Shown piece after piece: positions 26,855 through 37,204 of a DNA stretch of 64,000 nt. A model generated the notes under the pieces. It was not told where the DNA came from. It was given only the letters and a program-made list of their open reading frames with translations, and searched no databases. Within the stretch, counting starts at the first letter, position 1; each line of letters starts with the position of its first letter. The translations under genes were made by a program, and so were the position numbers. Origin of the DNA: a virus (taxonomy: Duplodnaviria > Heunggongvirae > Uroviricota > Caudoviricetes); IMG/VR virus record IMGVR_UViG_3300023202_000102, positions 66,700 to 130,699 of that record, one strand, 5' to 3'.

Positions 26855-27396
26855 AGTCTGCTAATAGGAAGGTTCGTCTTCTCGATATTCTCCGTCACTA
26901 CGGACTTCGGATCGAAAAGAATCATCAAAGACCTACTTGGAGCAACAACATGCGCTGTCCCCTTCCTACCCATAAGGGTGGAAGAGAGAGAACGGCATCA
27001 TTTGGATATTGTTTTGTCTCTGATCATTACAACTGTATGGGGTGCGGACAAAGCGGACGTGCAGTTGAGTTCATCTCTTTGATGGAAGGAACCTCTCGTT
27101 CCTCTGTAGCTGAGAGGATTCTTTCTCAATACGGAGAGGACATTAACTCTGATGACTACGAATATGAAGATGACTTGACACCGATTTTAATCGAGGGGTC
27201 GAGCTTTGTTCAGGCCCTGACTCAGAAATACAAAGACAACCCAGCTGCACTCAAGAAGATAGATAAGATTGTGTGGTGGCTTGACTTCTATTTGATGGCA
27301 AAGGCTCCAGGTCAAAACGTAACAGCGGAAGACCTGAAGCATCGAATTGCCAAAGCAAAGGAATTACTTACAGATGAAATGCTTAATTCTGGGTGA
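26755..27396 (+). CDS. CHC2 zinc-finger protein (primase Zn-binding-domain-like)
   Basis: LLDILRHYGL...CPLPTHKGGRERTASF...YNCMGCGQSGRAVEFI. Confidence 0.85.
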   Translation: MRKVQDNSRSDSGSKNGSKTSGSGNGSQKFVHIKSANRKVRLLDILRHYGLRIEKNHQRPTWSNNMRCPLPTHKGGRERTASFGYCFVSDHYNCMGCGQSGRAVEFISLMEGTSRSSVAERILSQYGEDINSDDYEYEDDLTPILIEGSSFVQALTQKYKDNPAALKKIDKIVWWLDFYLMAKAPGQNVTAEDLKHRIAKAKELLTDEMLNSG

Positions 27397-28588
27397 TTTA
27401 CATCTTGGAAAGGGTGTGTCAATTGGCCGACCCGCCGAGTTTGGAAACCTTAACTCCCGTATCCAAGATCAGATTGATCTATTAGACTGGTCTCTTAACC
27501 TGTGCAGCACAGAGGGTGCAAAGCACATCGTTCTTACGGGTGATGTATACCAAGATTACCGTCCACACCCAGCTGTTATCTCCATCTTCATGCAGTGGCT
27601 CAAACGCTGCAAGGCAAAGGGCGTAGAGGTTCATGTCATTATGGGAAATCATGACATCCTTCGTTCTGGTAACTACATCGTTACTGCGCTTGACCTTGTA
27701 GATGACACTCATCTTGAGTTAGCAACCGTACACAAAACGTTTGATAGACTAGAGCTTGATGACTTCACTATCGTTTTAGTTCCCTTCAGGGATAAGCGCA
27801 TGTACGAAGTTAAGACCAAGGAAGAGGCGGCACTGGCTCTTGAAAAAGAGTTAGGTAAAGCATGTAAAGAAGACTCAAACAAAACCAAGGTAGCTATTGG
27901 TCATCTTGCTTTGGAGGGCTCCCTTTCGATTGGTGATGAGATTTCTGACCAACTCAATGAGCTGTATGTTTCGCCAGAGATGTTTAGTTGGTTTGACTTT
28001 GTTTGGATGGGACACATCCATCACCCACAGGTTATTCAAAATCAGAAACCTTATGCTGCTCATGTTGGAAGCTTAGACAGATCAGACTTTTCCAAGACTG
28101 AGATTGAACATGATAAGATAGCTATCATGCTTGACTCTGATCATAAGAATAAGTTCAGAGAGATACCTCTTCCAGTAAGAGACCTTCGCCCAATTAAGAT
28201 TGAGGTACCTTCCGGAAAGGACTCAACAGAATTTGTGGTGAATGAACTCTGCTTGCTATCAAAGACTACAAGGTTCAAGGGCTCTATTGTGCGTCTTGAT
28301 ATTACTCTTAATGGGGCTGAACTTGAAAATGTTCAGCGCGATAAGGTTGAAGATTATCTTTACAACAATCTTGAGACGCATCATCTATGCGGGTTCTCTG
28401 AGTCCAGATCTATCTCTACGATTCAGATTAACCCAGAAGATGCTTTTGACAATACCATGGAGGTTACACAGAGCATCAACAAGTGGGCCGAGACTAGGGA
28501 CCATTTCGAAGACGAACATGAACGTGCTGCATTCAAAGCAGCAGCACACGATACATTCAAAGAGTATGAGGAGAAGTATCTTAAATGA
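27374..28588 (+). CDS. sbcD: SbcD/Mre11-like nuclease
   Basis: LGDLHLG, LTGDVY, MGNHD, IGHL, MGHIHHPQ; adjacent to sbcC. Confidence 0.92.
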   Translation: MKCLILGDLHLGKGVSIGRPAEFGNLNSRIQDQIDLLDWSLNLCSTEGAKHIVLTGDVYQDYRPHPAVISIFMQWLKRCKAKGVEVHVIMGNHDILRSGNYIVTALDLVDDTHLELATVHKTFDRLELDDFTIVLVPFRDKRMYEVKTKEEAALALEKELGKACKEDSNKTKVAIGHLALEGSLSIGDEISDQLNELYVSPEMFSWFDFVWMGHIHHPQVIQNQKPYAAHVGSLDRSDFSKTEIEHDKIAIMLDSDHKNKFREIPLPVRDLRPIKIEVPSGKDSTEFVVNELCLLSKTTRFKGSIVRLDITLNGAELENVQRDKVEDYLYNNLETHHLCGFSESRSISTIQINPEDAFDNTMEVTQSINKWAETRDHFEDEHERAAFKAAAHDTFKEYEEKYLK

Positions 28589-30726
28589 GGCCGCTTAGAA
28601 TTTACCTTAAGAACTTCATGAACCACCGATTGAGTGAGGTGGATTGTACGAATTTTCAGAGTGTTCTGGTTGTGGGAAAGTCTCACAAGAATGATCGTAT
28701 CTCCAATGGTGTTGGCAAAACAACTCTATTCAGAGCTGTCGAATATGCATTGTTTAACCAGTCCCACGCTACAACTCTAGACAAGGTTGTTCGTGATGGA
28801 AAGAAGAAGGCGATTGTTGAGCTGGACTTTGAGCTGGGTGGTTCTGTTTATCGCATCTATCGTCATAGAACAAGTACAGGATCTGCTGATGTTAGGATGT
28901 ACAAGAAGGTAGATGGCTTATGGGAATCTATCTCTGAACGCACACCCTCCGCAACAGACGCCAAGATACGTGAGATGATCAAGATCACTCACAAGGCATT
29001 TACTTACTCAGTTCTATTCCGGCAGGCTGACCTCACAGGCATTACTTCGGTAACAGATCCAAAGAAGCGTAGAGAGATCCTCAAAGAGCCATTGAACCTT
29101 AGTACATACACACGGCTTGAGGACATGGCTTCTAAAAAGGTTCGCCCTATTAAGAAAGAGATTGATCGAATCTCTGGCTCGATAGAGGTTATCGGAGAGC
29201 CAGCAGAGGATATTAAGAAGGCTAATGAGAAGCTAGTAGAAACTAATGAGCAGATAGAATCACAGAAGAAGTTGATTGCTGAGGCAGAGCTTTCCGTTAA
29301 GACGAAGCGGAAGACAATTGATGAGTTGAAGCAGTCTCTTTCCTCAGAAGATATCGACATTCACAAGCAGGTTTCTGACAAAGAGAATGAACTAAAAAAT
29401 CTTCGTGAGGATTCGGAACGCCTTGATAAAAGGCTGAAGGATTTGGCATCATCAATCTCTATTAGGGAAGAGGATGATAAACTCACAGAGAAGAGAAAGA
29501 TAGTTACTCAGGCCGAGCTAAATCCACTGCAGAATGCAGGCGTTAAAGACATCGAAGAGATCGAGGCTAATTACGATAAGGTATGTACAGATGAGCTTCG
29601 CGGCTCAGAATTAATAGCAGCAGCTAAAGCGCAGCAGAAGTTCATCAAGAAGTCATTACCTGAAGGTGATGAGTGTGGAACTTGTCACCAATCAATTACA
29701 CAAGACTACCGCAAGAAGATTGAGGGTGAAGTAGAAACAAAGCTGGAAGCACAGCAAAAGCACATCCAGGCTCTCGAAGATGCAATGGGCAAGTGCAAGC
29801 GTAAGAAGGCAAGGCTCTCAGTAGAGCTGAATGAAGAGCGGACAAAGCTGACTAAAATAACAGACCTGGAACGTACCTTAGAATCTTATGGTAAAGAGCA
29901 GAAGGCAAATCGTGAGAACTTAACAAGGCTGTATGCAGATCAAGAGGAGGCTAATAAGAAGTTTCAGAAGACAGAGGTTAGTGTTGCAGAGGTTGTGAAG
30001 CAGCTAAATGTGTTGAAGAAGGCAGCTTCAAAATCTAACGCTCCTCTTTTGAACAATCAAATATTTGCTATCAAGCAGGAGATTGTGGACCTAGAGAAGA
30101 ACATCTCTTCATTCAATGGACACATCTCTAATCTGAGTGGTATTCGTGGCGGTCTTGAAGAGAGAATCACCACCAGAAAAGCGGACAAGGTAAAGCTTAA
30201 GGAGTTGAAAGATGAGCTTATCAAGAACAAGAGAGAGCTTAAAATACGCCAGATGGTTGTTGATGCTTTTTCTAATCGCGGCATTCCTTCTTTCATTATC
30301 CAAACCGTACTTGATGAACTTCAGTTTGAGGCCAATACATCTTTAAAAGAGTTGCGCCCAGAGCTTGATGTACAAATAGATGCTGACTTAAATTTTGAGT
30401 ACAGGCGCAATGGTGTGGTCAGAGATTATGCCCAACTGTCTCATGGTCAGCATGTGTACATTGCCCTTGCGTTTAAGCGAGGTACCGCCCGAGTCATTCA
30501 AAAGAGATTAGGAATCGACATTCGAATGTTGGAGTTCGATGAGGTGGATGCTCATCTTGACGAGGCAGGAGCTGAAGCATTTGCCGATGCAATCCGCAAG
30601 TGGCAACAAGACTTCACGATTTTTGTGATTACTCATAACAAGGATCTAAAAGATAAGTTCTCTCATGCCATTCTGGTCGAGGAAGGTGACGATGGAGCAG
30701 AGGCAAGGTTAGTGACGACATGGTGA
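28585..30726 (+). CDS. sbcC: SbcC/Rad50-like SMC ATPase
   Basis: NGVGKTT Walker A, FRQ Q-loop, CGTC zinc hook in a long coiled coil, LSHGQ signature, FDEVDAHLD, ITH. Confidence 0.93.
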   Translation: MRPLRIYLKNFMNHRLSEVDCTNFQSVLVVGKSHKNDRISNGVGKTTLFRAVEYALFNQSHATTLDKVVRDGKKKAIVELDFELGGSVYRIYRHRTSTGSADVRMYKKVDGLWESISERTPSATDAKIREMIKITHKAFTYSVLFRQADLTGITSVTDPKKRREILKEPLNLSTYTRLEDMASKKVRPIKKEIDRISGSIEVIGEPAEDIKKANEKLVETNEQIESQKKLIAEAELSVKTKRKTIDELKQSLSSEDIDIHKQVSDKENELKNLREDSERLDKRLKDLASSISIREEDDKLTEKRKIVTQAELNPLQNAGVKDIEEIEANYDKVCTDELRGSELIAAAKAQQKFIKKSLPEGDECGTCHQSITQDYRKKIEGEVETKLEAQQKHIQALEDAMGKCKRKKARLSVELNEERTKLTKITDLERTLESYGKEQKANRENLTRLYADQEEANKKFQKTEVSVAEVVKQLNVLKKAASKSNAPLLNNQIFAIKQEIVDLEKNISSFNGHISNLSGIRGGLEERITTRKADKVKLKELKDELIKNKRELKIRQMVVDAFSNRGIPSFIIQTVLDELQFEANTSLKELRPELDVQIDADLNFEYRRNGVVRDYAQLSHGQHVYIALAFKRGTARVIQKRLGIDIRMLEFDEVDAHLDEAGAEAFADAIRKWQQDFTIFVITHNKDLKDKFSHAILVEEGDDGAEARLVTTW

Positions 30727-30730
30727 GGTT

Positions 30731-31075
30731 ATGAAGCTGGTTAGCTACAGGCGTGTGAATATAAAAAAGGAAGATATTCCTAGCGAGATAAGAGATAGTA
30801 CTTCTTTTATTTACGGTGCGTTTGTAGCTGTTGTTGAAGCAGAGTCTGGTTTGATATTCAAGAAGAGAAAATCATACGGAGTATTCAATGGTCTGGGTGG
30901 TTGGTATTCGCTCTATCCGTTTGAACCAGCAAGCTACTCAGTGTCAGAAAGCATTAACAAACTAATCTCAGATAAAGCTAAGAGAGAAATAAGAGCTGAG
31001 GCTTTGAAGAGAGAAAAAGAAAGAGAGCAGTTGAAGATTTCTGTTTTCAAGAAAGCGGGTTTATATAATGACTGA
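30731..31075 (+). CDS. hypothetical protein
   Basis: 114-aa ORF with GAGG SD. Confidence 0.6.
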   Translation: MKLVSYRRVNIKKEDIPSEIRDSTSFIYGAFVAVVEAESGLIFKKRKSYGVFNGLGGWYSLYPFEPASYSVSESINKLISDKAKREIRAEALKREKEREQLKISVFKKAGLYND

Positions 31076-31247
31076 GGAACACGAAGAGACTGCCTTTCAG
31101 GTGTTTACAAAAGACATTAGCAGTTCGTGGGATTCTGCGTATAGAGATTTTGAACCTATCAAATGGAACAAGAAACATACTAAAGTAGTTTGGGTTGCTG
31201 GGTTTTTATTGGGCATTTGGATAATGTCTATAGGAACTGGTCTGTAA
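31068..31247 (+). CDS. small membrane protein (59 aa, not in the track)
   Basis: C-terminal VVWVAGFLLGIWIMSIGTGL; TAATG-coupled to the deaminase. Confidence 0.6.
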   Translation: MTEEHEETAFQVFTKDISSSWDSAYRDFEPIKWNKKHTKVVWVAGFLLGIWIMSIGTGL

Positions 31248-31702
31248 TGTTTACTGAGAAGTGGCAGAAACGATTCCTTGATATGGCAGAGGGAGTTGGT
31301 GAGTGGAGCAAAGACCGTTCTACCAAGGTTGGCTGTGTCATTGTGGATGATAACAGGGTTGTTTTAGCAACGGGATACAATGGCTTCCCACGCGGAATTG
31401 ATGACGATGTTGATGAACGCCATGAGCGTCCGGCTAAGTATATGTGGACTGAACACTCCGAAAGAAATGCGCTGTATTCAGCTGCGAGAAACGGAGTGAG
31501 ACTTGATAGAAGTACTATCTTTGTTCCCTGGCTTCCCTGTGCTGATTGTGCACGAGGAATTATTCAGTGTGGAATTAAGGCTGTCGTTACTAAGAAGCTT
31601 GATGATCTAGATCTGAAGAAAGCACGTTGGGCAGAGTCTCATTCTTTCAGTATGAAGCTGTTTGAAGAGTCTGGGATGAACTTGGTGTGGTATGAGGGTT
31701 AA
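31247..31702 (+). CDS. dCMP deaminase
   Basis: SKDRSTKVGCVIV, GYNGFPRG, HSERNA, PCADC; start moved to MFTEK. Confidence 0.93.
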   Translation: MFTEKWQKRFLDMAEGVGEWSKDRSTKVGCVIVDDNRVVLATGYNGFPRGIDDDVDERHERPAKYMWTEHSERNALYSAARNGVRLDRSTIFVPWLPCADCARGIIQCGIKAVVTKKLDDLDLKKARWAESHSFSMKLFEESGMNLVWYEG

Positions 31703-32222
31703 GCTAACAAAGAATGACCTGAAGCTTGCAGAGTCTGTAGCTCACAAGCGTAACAAGTCTCAGCGGGACGGTGAGCGTGCTGACGGTAAGGTGATGGAAG
31801 ACTCCCTTGGCATCGACATTCAGGGCGCAGAGGCCGAGCTAGCCGTAGCAAAGGCACTCAAGCTTCCATGGGACGGATCCTTTCTTGAGCTGGAGAGTTG
31901 GTTCGACTGGAGAACCGCTGGACATGATGTGTCTGGTCTTGAGGTGCGAAGCACTCATCACAAGAAGGGTTCACTCATCCTTCATCACAAAGACAAGGAT
32001 GAAGCTCCGTTCATTCTGGTTATCACAGATGAGAGACCATACTTCAAACTGGTAGGTTGGAACCTTGGTCGAGAAGGAAAGACCCACAAGTATTGGAAGG
32101 ATGTTGGTTATGGGCGTCCATGCTTCTATCTACCACAAAATAAGCTGCGCCCAATGACCGAACTAGAGGAGCGAATAGGGTTTAGCGCGTCCGCCGAGAA
32201 TACAGAGGAGGTAGGCTCGTGA
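31692..32222 (+). CDS. phage protein, possibly PD-(D/E)XK fold
   Basis: GAEAELAVAKAL...DVSGLEVRST pattern. Confidence 0.45.
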   Translation: MRVKLTKNDLKLAESVAHKRNKSQRDGERADGKVMEDSLGIDIQGAEAELAVAKALKLPWDGSFLELESWFDWRTAGHDVSGLEVRSTHHKKGSLILHHKDKDEAPFILVITDERPYFKLVGWNLGREGKTHKYWKDVGYGRPCFYLPQNKLRPMTELEERIGFSASAENTEEVGS

Positions 32223-32386
32223 ATCACGATGACATCATTGCTAAAGCAGAAATAACCGTAGAGATATCTAAACATATTCTTCCAAATGGTAAAGAAGAAG
32301 ATATTGAGAACTTAGCTTGTGCTCTTATGTTTTGTGAGGAAGATAAGCTCAAAGCACTTTTGGAACTTGTAGCCAATTTAGATTGA
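32219..32386 (+). CDS. small hypothetical protein (55 aa, not in the track)
   Basis: GAGGAGGT SD before GTG 32219. Confidence 0.6.
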   Translation: MNHDDIIAKAEITVEISKHILPNGKEEDIENLACALMFCEEDKLKALLELVANLD

Positions 32387-32393
32387 GGAAGAT

Positions 32394-33014
32394 ATGAACA
32401 TTATAGGTATTAGCGGACAGGCTGGTTCTGGTAAAGACACAGTAGCAGATATGCTGTTGGAACATGAGGGCTTCACCAAAGTATCTTTAGCAGACCCTAT
32501 CAAACGTTTTGCAAAAGAGATGTGGGGCTTTACTGATGAGCAGTTGTGGGGCGGTTCAGAACATCGCAACGAACCAGACGCTCGCTATGGCGGACTCACA
32601 CCACGCAAGGTACTTCAACATCTTGGTACTGAAGGAGGCCGAGCATTAGATTATGATGTATGGATTCGTTACGCAGTCAATACTGCTAGAACTTTGTTGG
32701 ATAATAGTGGATCCAAAGCGTACTCTCCAAAGCGAGGTGTTCATCGCTTGATGTTTCATACAGTTAATGCAGTTGTGATACCTGATGTTAGATTTATCAA
32801 CGAGGTACAACACCTTCGTAAAGAGGGTGGCAAACTACTCCGTGTAATTCGACCAGGCGCTGGTCTTGAAGGTGAGTTTGCACAGCACGAATCAGAGATT
32901 CAAATGTCAAAAATTTCTGACAATGAATTTGATTATGTTATCCTGAACACTGGAACTTTAGAAGACTTGCGTAGGAAAGTTGATCAATTTATAGACCAGC
33001 ACTTGGTTAGTTAA
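32394..33014 (+). CDS. deoxynucleoside monophosphate kinase (T4 gp1-like)
   Basis: ISGQAGSGKDT, TPRKVLQHLGTE, IPDVRFINE. Confidence 0.9.
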   Translation: MNIIGISGQAGSGKDTVADMLLEHEGFTKVSLADPIKRFAKEMWGFTDEQLWGGSEHRNEPDARYGGLTPRKVLQHLGTEGGRALDYDVWIRYAVNTARTLLDNSGSKAYSPKRGVHRLMFHTVNAVVIPDVRFINEVQHLRKEGGKLLRVIRPGAGLEGEFAQHESEIQMSKISDNEFDYVILNTGTLEDLRRKVDQFIDQHLVS

Positions 33015-33069
33015 ACAAGCTAAATATACGCATCAATCGACATTATTCTGTGGAGGGAAAGCTTTCCAA

Positions 33070-33381
33070 ATGAATAATGTCATGAGGGTAACTAAACGTA
33101 TTCGTGATGAGTACGAGACGCTGCTTAACGATGTTGGGGAAGCTCGTTTTTACAATCACATTCTGAGCAGTGGCGTCTTATCAAAAAAGCATGTTGATCA
33201 TCCTGAAAATACAATGGTTGATCAAGCTGAGGCTTTCTTTGCCCTATTCCGTACCACAGGCAATAAAAACTACTTTACTATAGGGAAAGTACTTAGGAGA
33301 GCTGCCCACAAGTTATATCGTGAGAGTAGGCGTAAGTGCTCTGAATACCCAAGGAACGCTAAGTTCCTGTATTCTGTGTGA
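33070..33381 (+). CDS. hypothetical protein
   Basis: 103-aa ORF with GGAGG SD. Confidence 0.65.
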   Translation: MNNVMRVTKRIRDEYETLLNDVGEARFYNHILSSGVLSKKHVDHPENTMVDQAEAFFALFRTTGNKNYFTIGKVLRRAAHKLYRESRRKCSEYPRNAKFLYSV

Positions 33382-33400
33382 ATACTTATGCATAAAGTGT

Positions 33401-34387
33401 ATGCCAATTACGATATCAATAACAGAATCCCCGCTGCATGTTATGGCAGGGATACCATCATCGGTAACACTAGACACTAACGTTCCCGCTACGGTTTTCT
33501 ATACTCTTAATGGCGCAGAGCCAACAGTGGAATCTTCCGTTGCTGTTGGTCCTATTGAAACACCAACAAATAGTGGCCAGGTAATACTTAAAGCATTTGC
33601 AACAGACGGTGTAGATACATCACCTACAATCACTCAAGAATGGATTACGAACGTTGCACCAGCACGTCATCCACACGATAAGGTAACTGTTCGTGATGAC
33701 AATTGCAACAAGGCAACTTATCCATTCGGTTCGTCTGCACAAGCATCAGGAGTACCCCCTATCTTTGGTAATACTGCAGGCCAAATTGTTGATGACAATA
33801 TGCAGCCACGAGTTTCAACCGCTGGTGATGGCATGGATGGTTACGGAGCTTTTGTAACCCCACCCGTTGAACAATATGACTTTAGGTTTTCAGAGACTGA
33901 TGCTGTTGGTCAAACAGGTCGTGGCATCGGAACATTACCAGGTCGTGTACTTTCTTCAGCTCCACGAAATGACAATGATCATCCAACAAGTACTACCGCA
34001 GAGTCTCCTTTGTTTGACGCAAAGGCAATGGTTATCTTTCAGGACTCAAGAGAAGATCCCTTTGATCCAGATGTTCCAAAGATTAATAGACCTTACTTTG
34101 ATTTAGAAGACCAGTCTAAAGCTAGAGACGGCAGATTGTTAACAGCTATTGATCCTGTGACACCACAGGGAAATTTTATCAAAGCACATTATAATCCAAC
34201 AGAAAACACCCTTACATATTATTACTACGACAATAGAGTTCATAGATGGATTATTTCAAAGGAACCATATCATCCATCTCAGAACCCAACAGTAAATATG
34301 TCTGGCATTGTTTCTAGGTCGAGTCGCGGTGAAGGCGTAGGTAAGATCTATAAATGGATTCCTTTCCAATATAGGCGTCTCATATAA
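33401..34387 (+). CDS. probable virion protein with an N-terminal Fn3-like (chitobiase C-terminal type) domain
   Basis: VTLDTNVPATVFYTLNGAEPT...ILKAFA pattern; rich in Thr/Pro/Gly. Confidence 0.55.
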   Translation: MPITISITESPLHVMAGIPSSVTLDTNVPATVFYTLNGAEPTVESSVAVGPIETPTNSGQVILKAFATDGVDTSPTITQEWITNVAPARHPHDKVTVRDDNCNKATYPFGSSAQASGVPPIFGNTAGQIVDDNMQPRVSTAGDGMDGYGAFVTPPVEQYDFRFSETDAVGQTGRGIGTLPGRVLSSAPRNDNDHPTSTTAESPLFDAKAMVIFQDSREDPFDPDVPKINRPYFDLEDQSKARDGRLLTAIDPVTPQGNFIKAHYNPTENTLTYYYYDNRVHRWIISKEPYHPSQNPTVNMSGIVSRSSRGEGVGKIYKWIPFQYRRLI

Positions 34388-34400
34388 GCGAAAGACTAAA

Positions 34401-35252
34401 ATGAAAGTAATAGCATCGCTCTTAGAAGAGCGTGATACATCAAACGTTGACATGACTTTGTCTGTCAGCAAGTACAAAACATTTGATGAAGACTCAGGCG
34501 GGTGCAGAAAGAAATTTAAGTTCTGCTATATCGACAAGCTTCCAAGAATTGATAGAGACTTTCATATCTTTGGAAAGTACTTACATCAAGTTCTTGAGAA
34601 CTTCCATAACATTCTTCTAGAGGATCCTTCCAGGGAAGAAGACTGGAAATCGGCTCTGAAGGAGGCGCATGAAGCTGCCTACGAAGAGTATCAAGACCAG
34701 CTGACTGGCGATCAGTGCGCTGAGGCTGATCAGATTGTTGATGAATATAAAGAGATTCTTGAAGAAGAAGGTCTACCAAATGTTATTGCTAATGAGAAAT
34801 CATTTTACATCAATCTAAATGATAAGGTTTTGTTGAATGGTTTTATTGATAGGATCCAAATAGATCCGGATGGTGTTCTTCATGTTGCTGATTACAAGAC
34901 AACAAAGAACCCAAAGTATTTGAAAGACTTCTTTCAGTTAATAACTTACTGTTATGCAATGATGTTAGAAGACCCTGATTTAAAAAGAATCAGAGCATCA
35001 TTTATTTTGTTACGTCATTCCTTTGATTACATGACAGAGGAATATACCAGAGAAGAAGTGATAACCGTGGCCGAGAAGTTTCTCAAGAAGGCCTATGAGA
35101 TTGAAGATGAAAAGCTGTTTAGAGCAAACCCCCAGTTCCTATGTAAGTTCTGTGACTTTATAGAACACTGTGATGAGGGTAAGAAATTCATTGGAAGAAA
35201 AACCAGGAAGAGCAAAGATAAAAAGCCGGTTGTCGGCGTTAGGAAATGGTAA
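34401..35252 (+). CDS. RecB/Cas4-like PD-(D/E)XK exonuclease
   Basis: N-terminal Cys plus C-terminal CKFCDFIEHC (Fe-S staple), GFIDRI...VADYKT, QLITY. Confidence 0.85.
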   Translation: MKVIASLLEERDTSNVDMTLSVSKYKTFDEDSGGCRKKFKFCYIDKLPRIDRDFHIFGKYLHQVLENFHNILLEDPSREEDWKSALKEAHEAAYEEYQDQLTGDQCAEADQIVDEYKEILEEEGLPNVIANEKSFYINLNDKVLLNGFIDRIQIDPDGVLHVADYKTTKNPKYLKDFFQLITYCYAMMLEDPDLKRIRASFILLRHSFDYMTEEYTREEVITVAEKFLKKAYEIEDEKLFRANPQFLCKFCDFIEHCDEGKKFIGRKTRKSKDKKPVVGVRKW

Positions 35253-36547
35253 TGGAAGCACTAGAAACACCAGTAGAAACACAGGATATTGAGTATCCAA
35301 TCTTACGAATAGAAAACCCAGAGTACTGCATGCTTAAGGTGCATTACGAGGCAGATCCTGAGGTTGTTGAATCTAAGCTAGATGAAGCTATTGGAGCATT
35401 GCGCAACATGCGTGTACCCGGCTTTCGACCAGGCAAGGCTCCTGACTATGCTATCAAGGCTAAGCTGAAGCCTCAGCTTAATCAATACATTGCTCGTGAG
35501 ATGACTACTCATGCTATTGATGATATTGTGTTCGAGACCAATATCGAGCCAATTGGTATGCCTAAGTTTGAGAACATTAAGGTTAGTGGTAAAAAGTTCT
35601 CTTGTGATATTGAGGTTTGTTCTAAGCCGGAGTTTGAGCTGCAGGATTTCAAATTTGATATTCCTAAACCCCCTCAGGAGAGTGATGAGGAGTCTCTTGC
35701 AGAGAAGTCTCTATTCAACCTGCGTCAGCGTGTAGGTGAGATTGAACCTTATGAGGAAGGCGATGTGGTTGAGCTTGGCGATCAGGTGACCTTATCTTTT
35801 ACAGGCACCATTGATGGTGAAGAGTTTGATGGCTCTGTGGTTGAGGGAGAGATGTACCAGGTTGGCACTAACCGCTGGCCTGAGTTTGATAACTACATCA
35901 TTGGAATGCAGGCTGATGAGACTCGTGAGTTTGAACTCACCTTCGATGACTCTGCGCAGGGGTTGGTTCCAGAAGAACTTCAGGACAAGACTGCAAAGTT
36001 CTCTGTGACCATTCATATGGGAACAAAACGCAAGCCACACGAACTTAATGAAGAGTTTTATCAGAAGATGGGAGTGGAAAGTCATGATCAGATCATGGAC
36101 AAGCTACGTACAATCTCTCGTGATTCTCTCAAGAGATCAGAGCTGGAAGCGATTCGTTCTCAGGCTGCAATCAAATTGGTCGAGGCTCACGACTTCAGGG
36201 TGCCTCAGTTCTTGATCGACTCCGAGGCCAAGAGCATCGTTGGTCAATCTGGAATTGACTTCAATAAACTCAATGATGAAGAGAAGTCAAACATAACTGA
36301 GCAGGCAGAGAAGAACGTGAAACTGACTCTTATTTTGGATTCAGTACGAGAGAGTGAGCCGGATTCTGTTTTGAATGACAATGAGGCACAGCAACATCTT
36401 GCAAAGCACCTCCAGTCACAGGGACAAGACCCACAGCAAATCTTTGGTAACAAAAGTTTTGGTCCACAACTTGGAGTAATGCTCAACTCTATCAAAGATG
36501 AGTTCACTCTTCAGTGGATATCTGATCAGGCTAACATCATAGAGTAA
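35246..36547 (+). CDS. tig: trigger factor
   Basis: PGFRPGKAP ribosome-binding loop, FKBP domain (GDQVTLSFTGTIDGEEFDG), C-terminal helical domain. Confidence 0.93.
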   Translation: MVMEALETPVETQDIEYPILRIENPEYCMLKVHYEADPEVVESKLDEAIGALRNMRVPGFRPGKAPDYAIKAKLKPQLNQYIAREMTTHAIDDIVFETNIEPIGMPKFENIKVSGKKFSCDIEVCSKPEFELQDFKFDIPKPPQESDEESLAEKSLFNLRQRVGEIEPYEEGDVVELGDQVTLSFTGTIDGEEFDGSVVEGEMYQVGTNRWPEFDNYIIGMQADETREFELTFDDSAQGLVPEELQDKTAKFSVTIHMGTKRKPHELNEEFYQKMGVESHDQIMDKLRTISRDSLKRSELEAIRSQAAIKLVEAHDFRVPQFLIDSEAKSIVGQSGIDFNKLNDEEKSNITEQAEKNVKLTLILDSVRESEPDSVLNDNEAQQHLAKHLQSQGQDPQQIFGNKSFGPQLGVMLNSIKDEFTLQWISDQANIIE

Positions 36548-36557
36548 AGGAAAACAA

Positions 36558-36920
36558 ATGGCAGCTAGAAAAAAGAAACCAGCATCATCCGCACCCGATG
36601 GATTCTCTCAGGCAGCTTGGGATAAACTCCCTGTTAGCTGGAGAGATGCAGCTCAGTCAAAGCAGACCGAGGAGTTAGAGAAGGATATCATTAAGTCTGT
36701 TCGTTCCATGTCTAATACAACGTTTGACATGAACAACGATCAGAAGCTTGAGGCCCTTCAAAATCAACTCAAGGATGCTAGAGATAAGGTTAAGGATTTG
36801 AAGTCAGGATATACAGAGGTTATTGCTGAAGAGAAAGCAAAGCTAGATTACTGTGTATACCTTATGAACAGCAGAGGAGCTGTTGTTGATACCTCAAATC
36901 TAGATAAGACAGGGTCATGA
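36558..36920 (+). CDS. hypothetical coiled-coil protein
   Basis: 120-aa ORF with AAGGA SD. Confidence 0.65.
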   Translation: MAARKKKPASSAPDGFSQAAWDKLPVSWRDAAQSKQTEELEKDIIKSVRSMSNTTFDMNNDQKLEALQNQLKDARDKVKDLKSGYTEVIAEEKAKLDYCVYLMNSRGAVVDTSNLDKTGS

Positions 36921-37204
36921 AAAGACACTTAGTCAAATCTTGTTGTGGCGGTAAGGGATACGTCTTTGAACTTGACGGACCTGTAGCCAAAAAGGATCTC
37001 GCGTTCTTCAGGGACGCGGGGTATGCTACATCCGAAGTCTATACAAGAGTTGGTGTTTTCTTTGTGGAAAAGCAAGGGATGACAGCTAGCGGCCCATTCG
37101 GCGGAACTAAGATTCAGGTTCGTTGTGGTGGTGCCGCTAACTGTTCTCAGCTTCTTGATGGTCTAGAGAACACATTTACAATGGCAGCGGGTGAAAGCAA
37201 ATAA
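36917..37204 (+). CDS. hypothetical protein
   Basis: 95-aa ATGA-coupled ORF. Confidence 0.6.
   Translation: MKRHLVKSCCGGKGYVFELDGPVAKKDLAFFRDAGYATSEVYTRVGVFFVEKQGMTASGPFGGTKIQVRCGGAANCSQLLDGLENTFTMAAGESK

Noticed and set aside
30430-30460. SbcC ABC signature LSHGQ instead of LSGGE/Q
   Set aside because: All other ATPase motifs are intact and this position varies among phage Rad50/gp46 homologs; not enough to claim altered function.
33056-33067. 12-bp palindrome GGAAAGCTTTCC next to an SD
   Set aside because: Single short occurrence that could arise by chance; no second copy was noticed.
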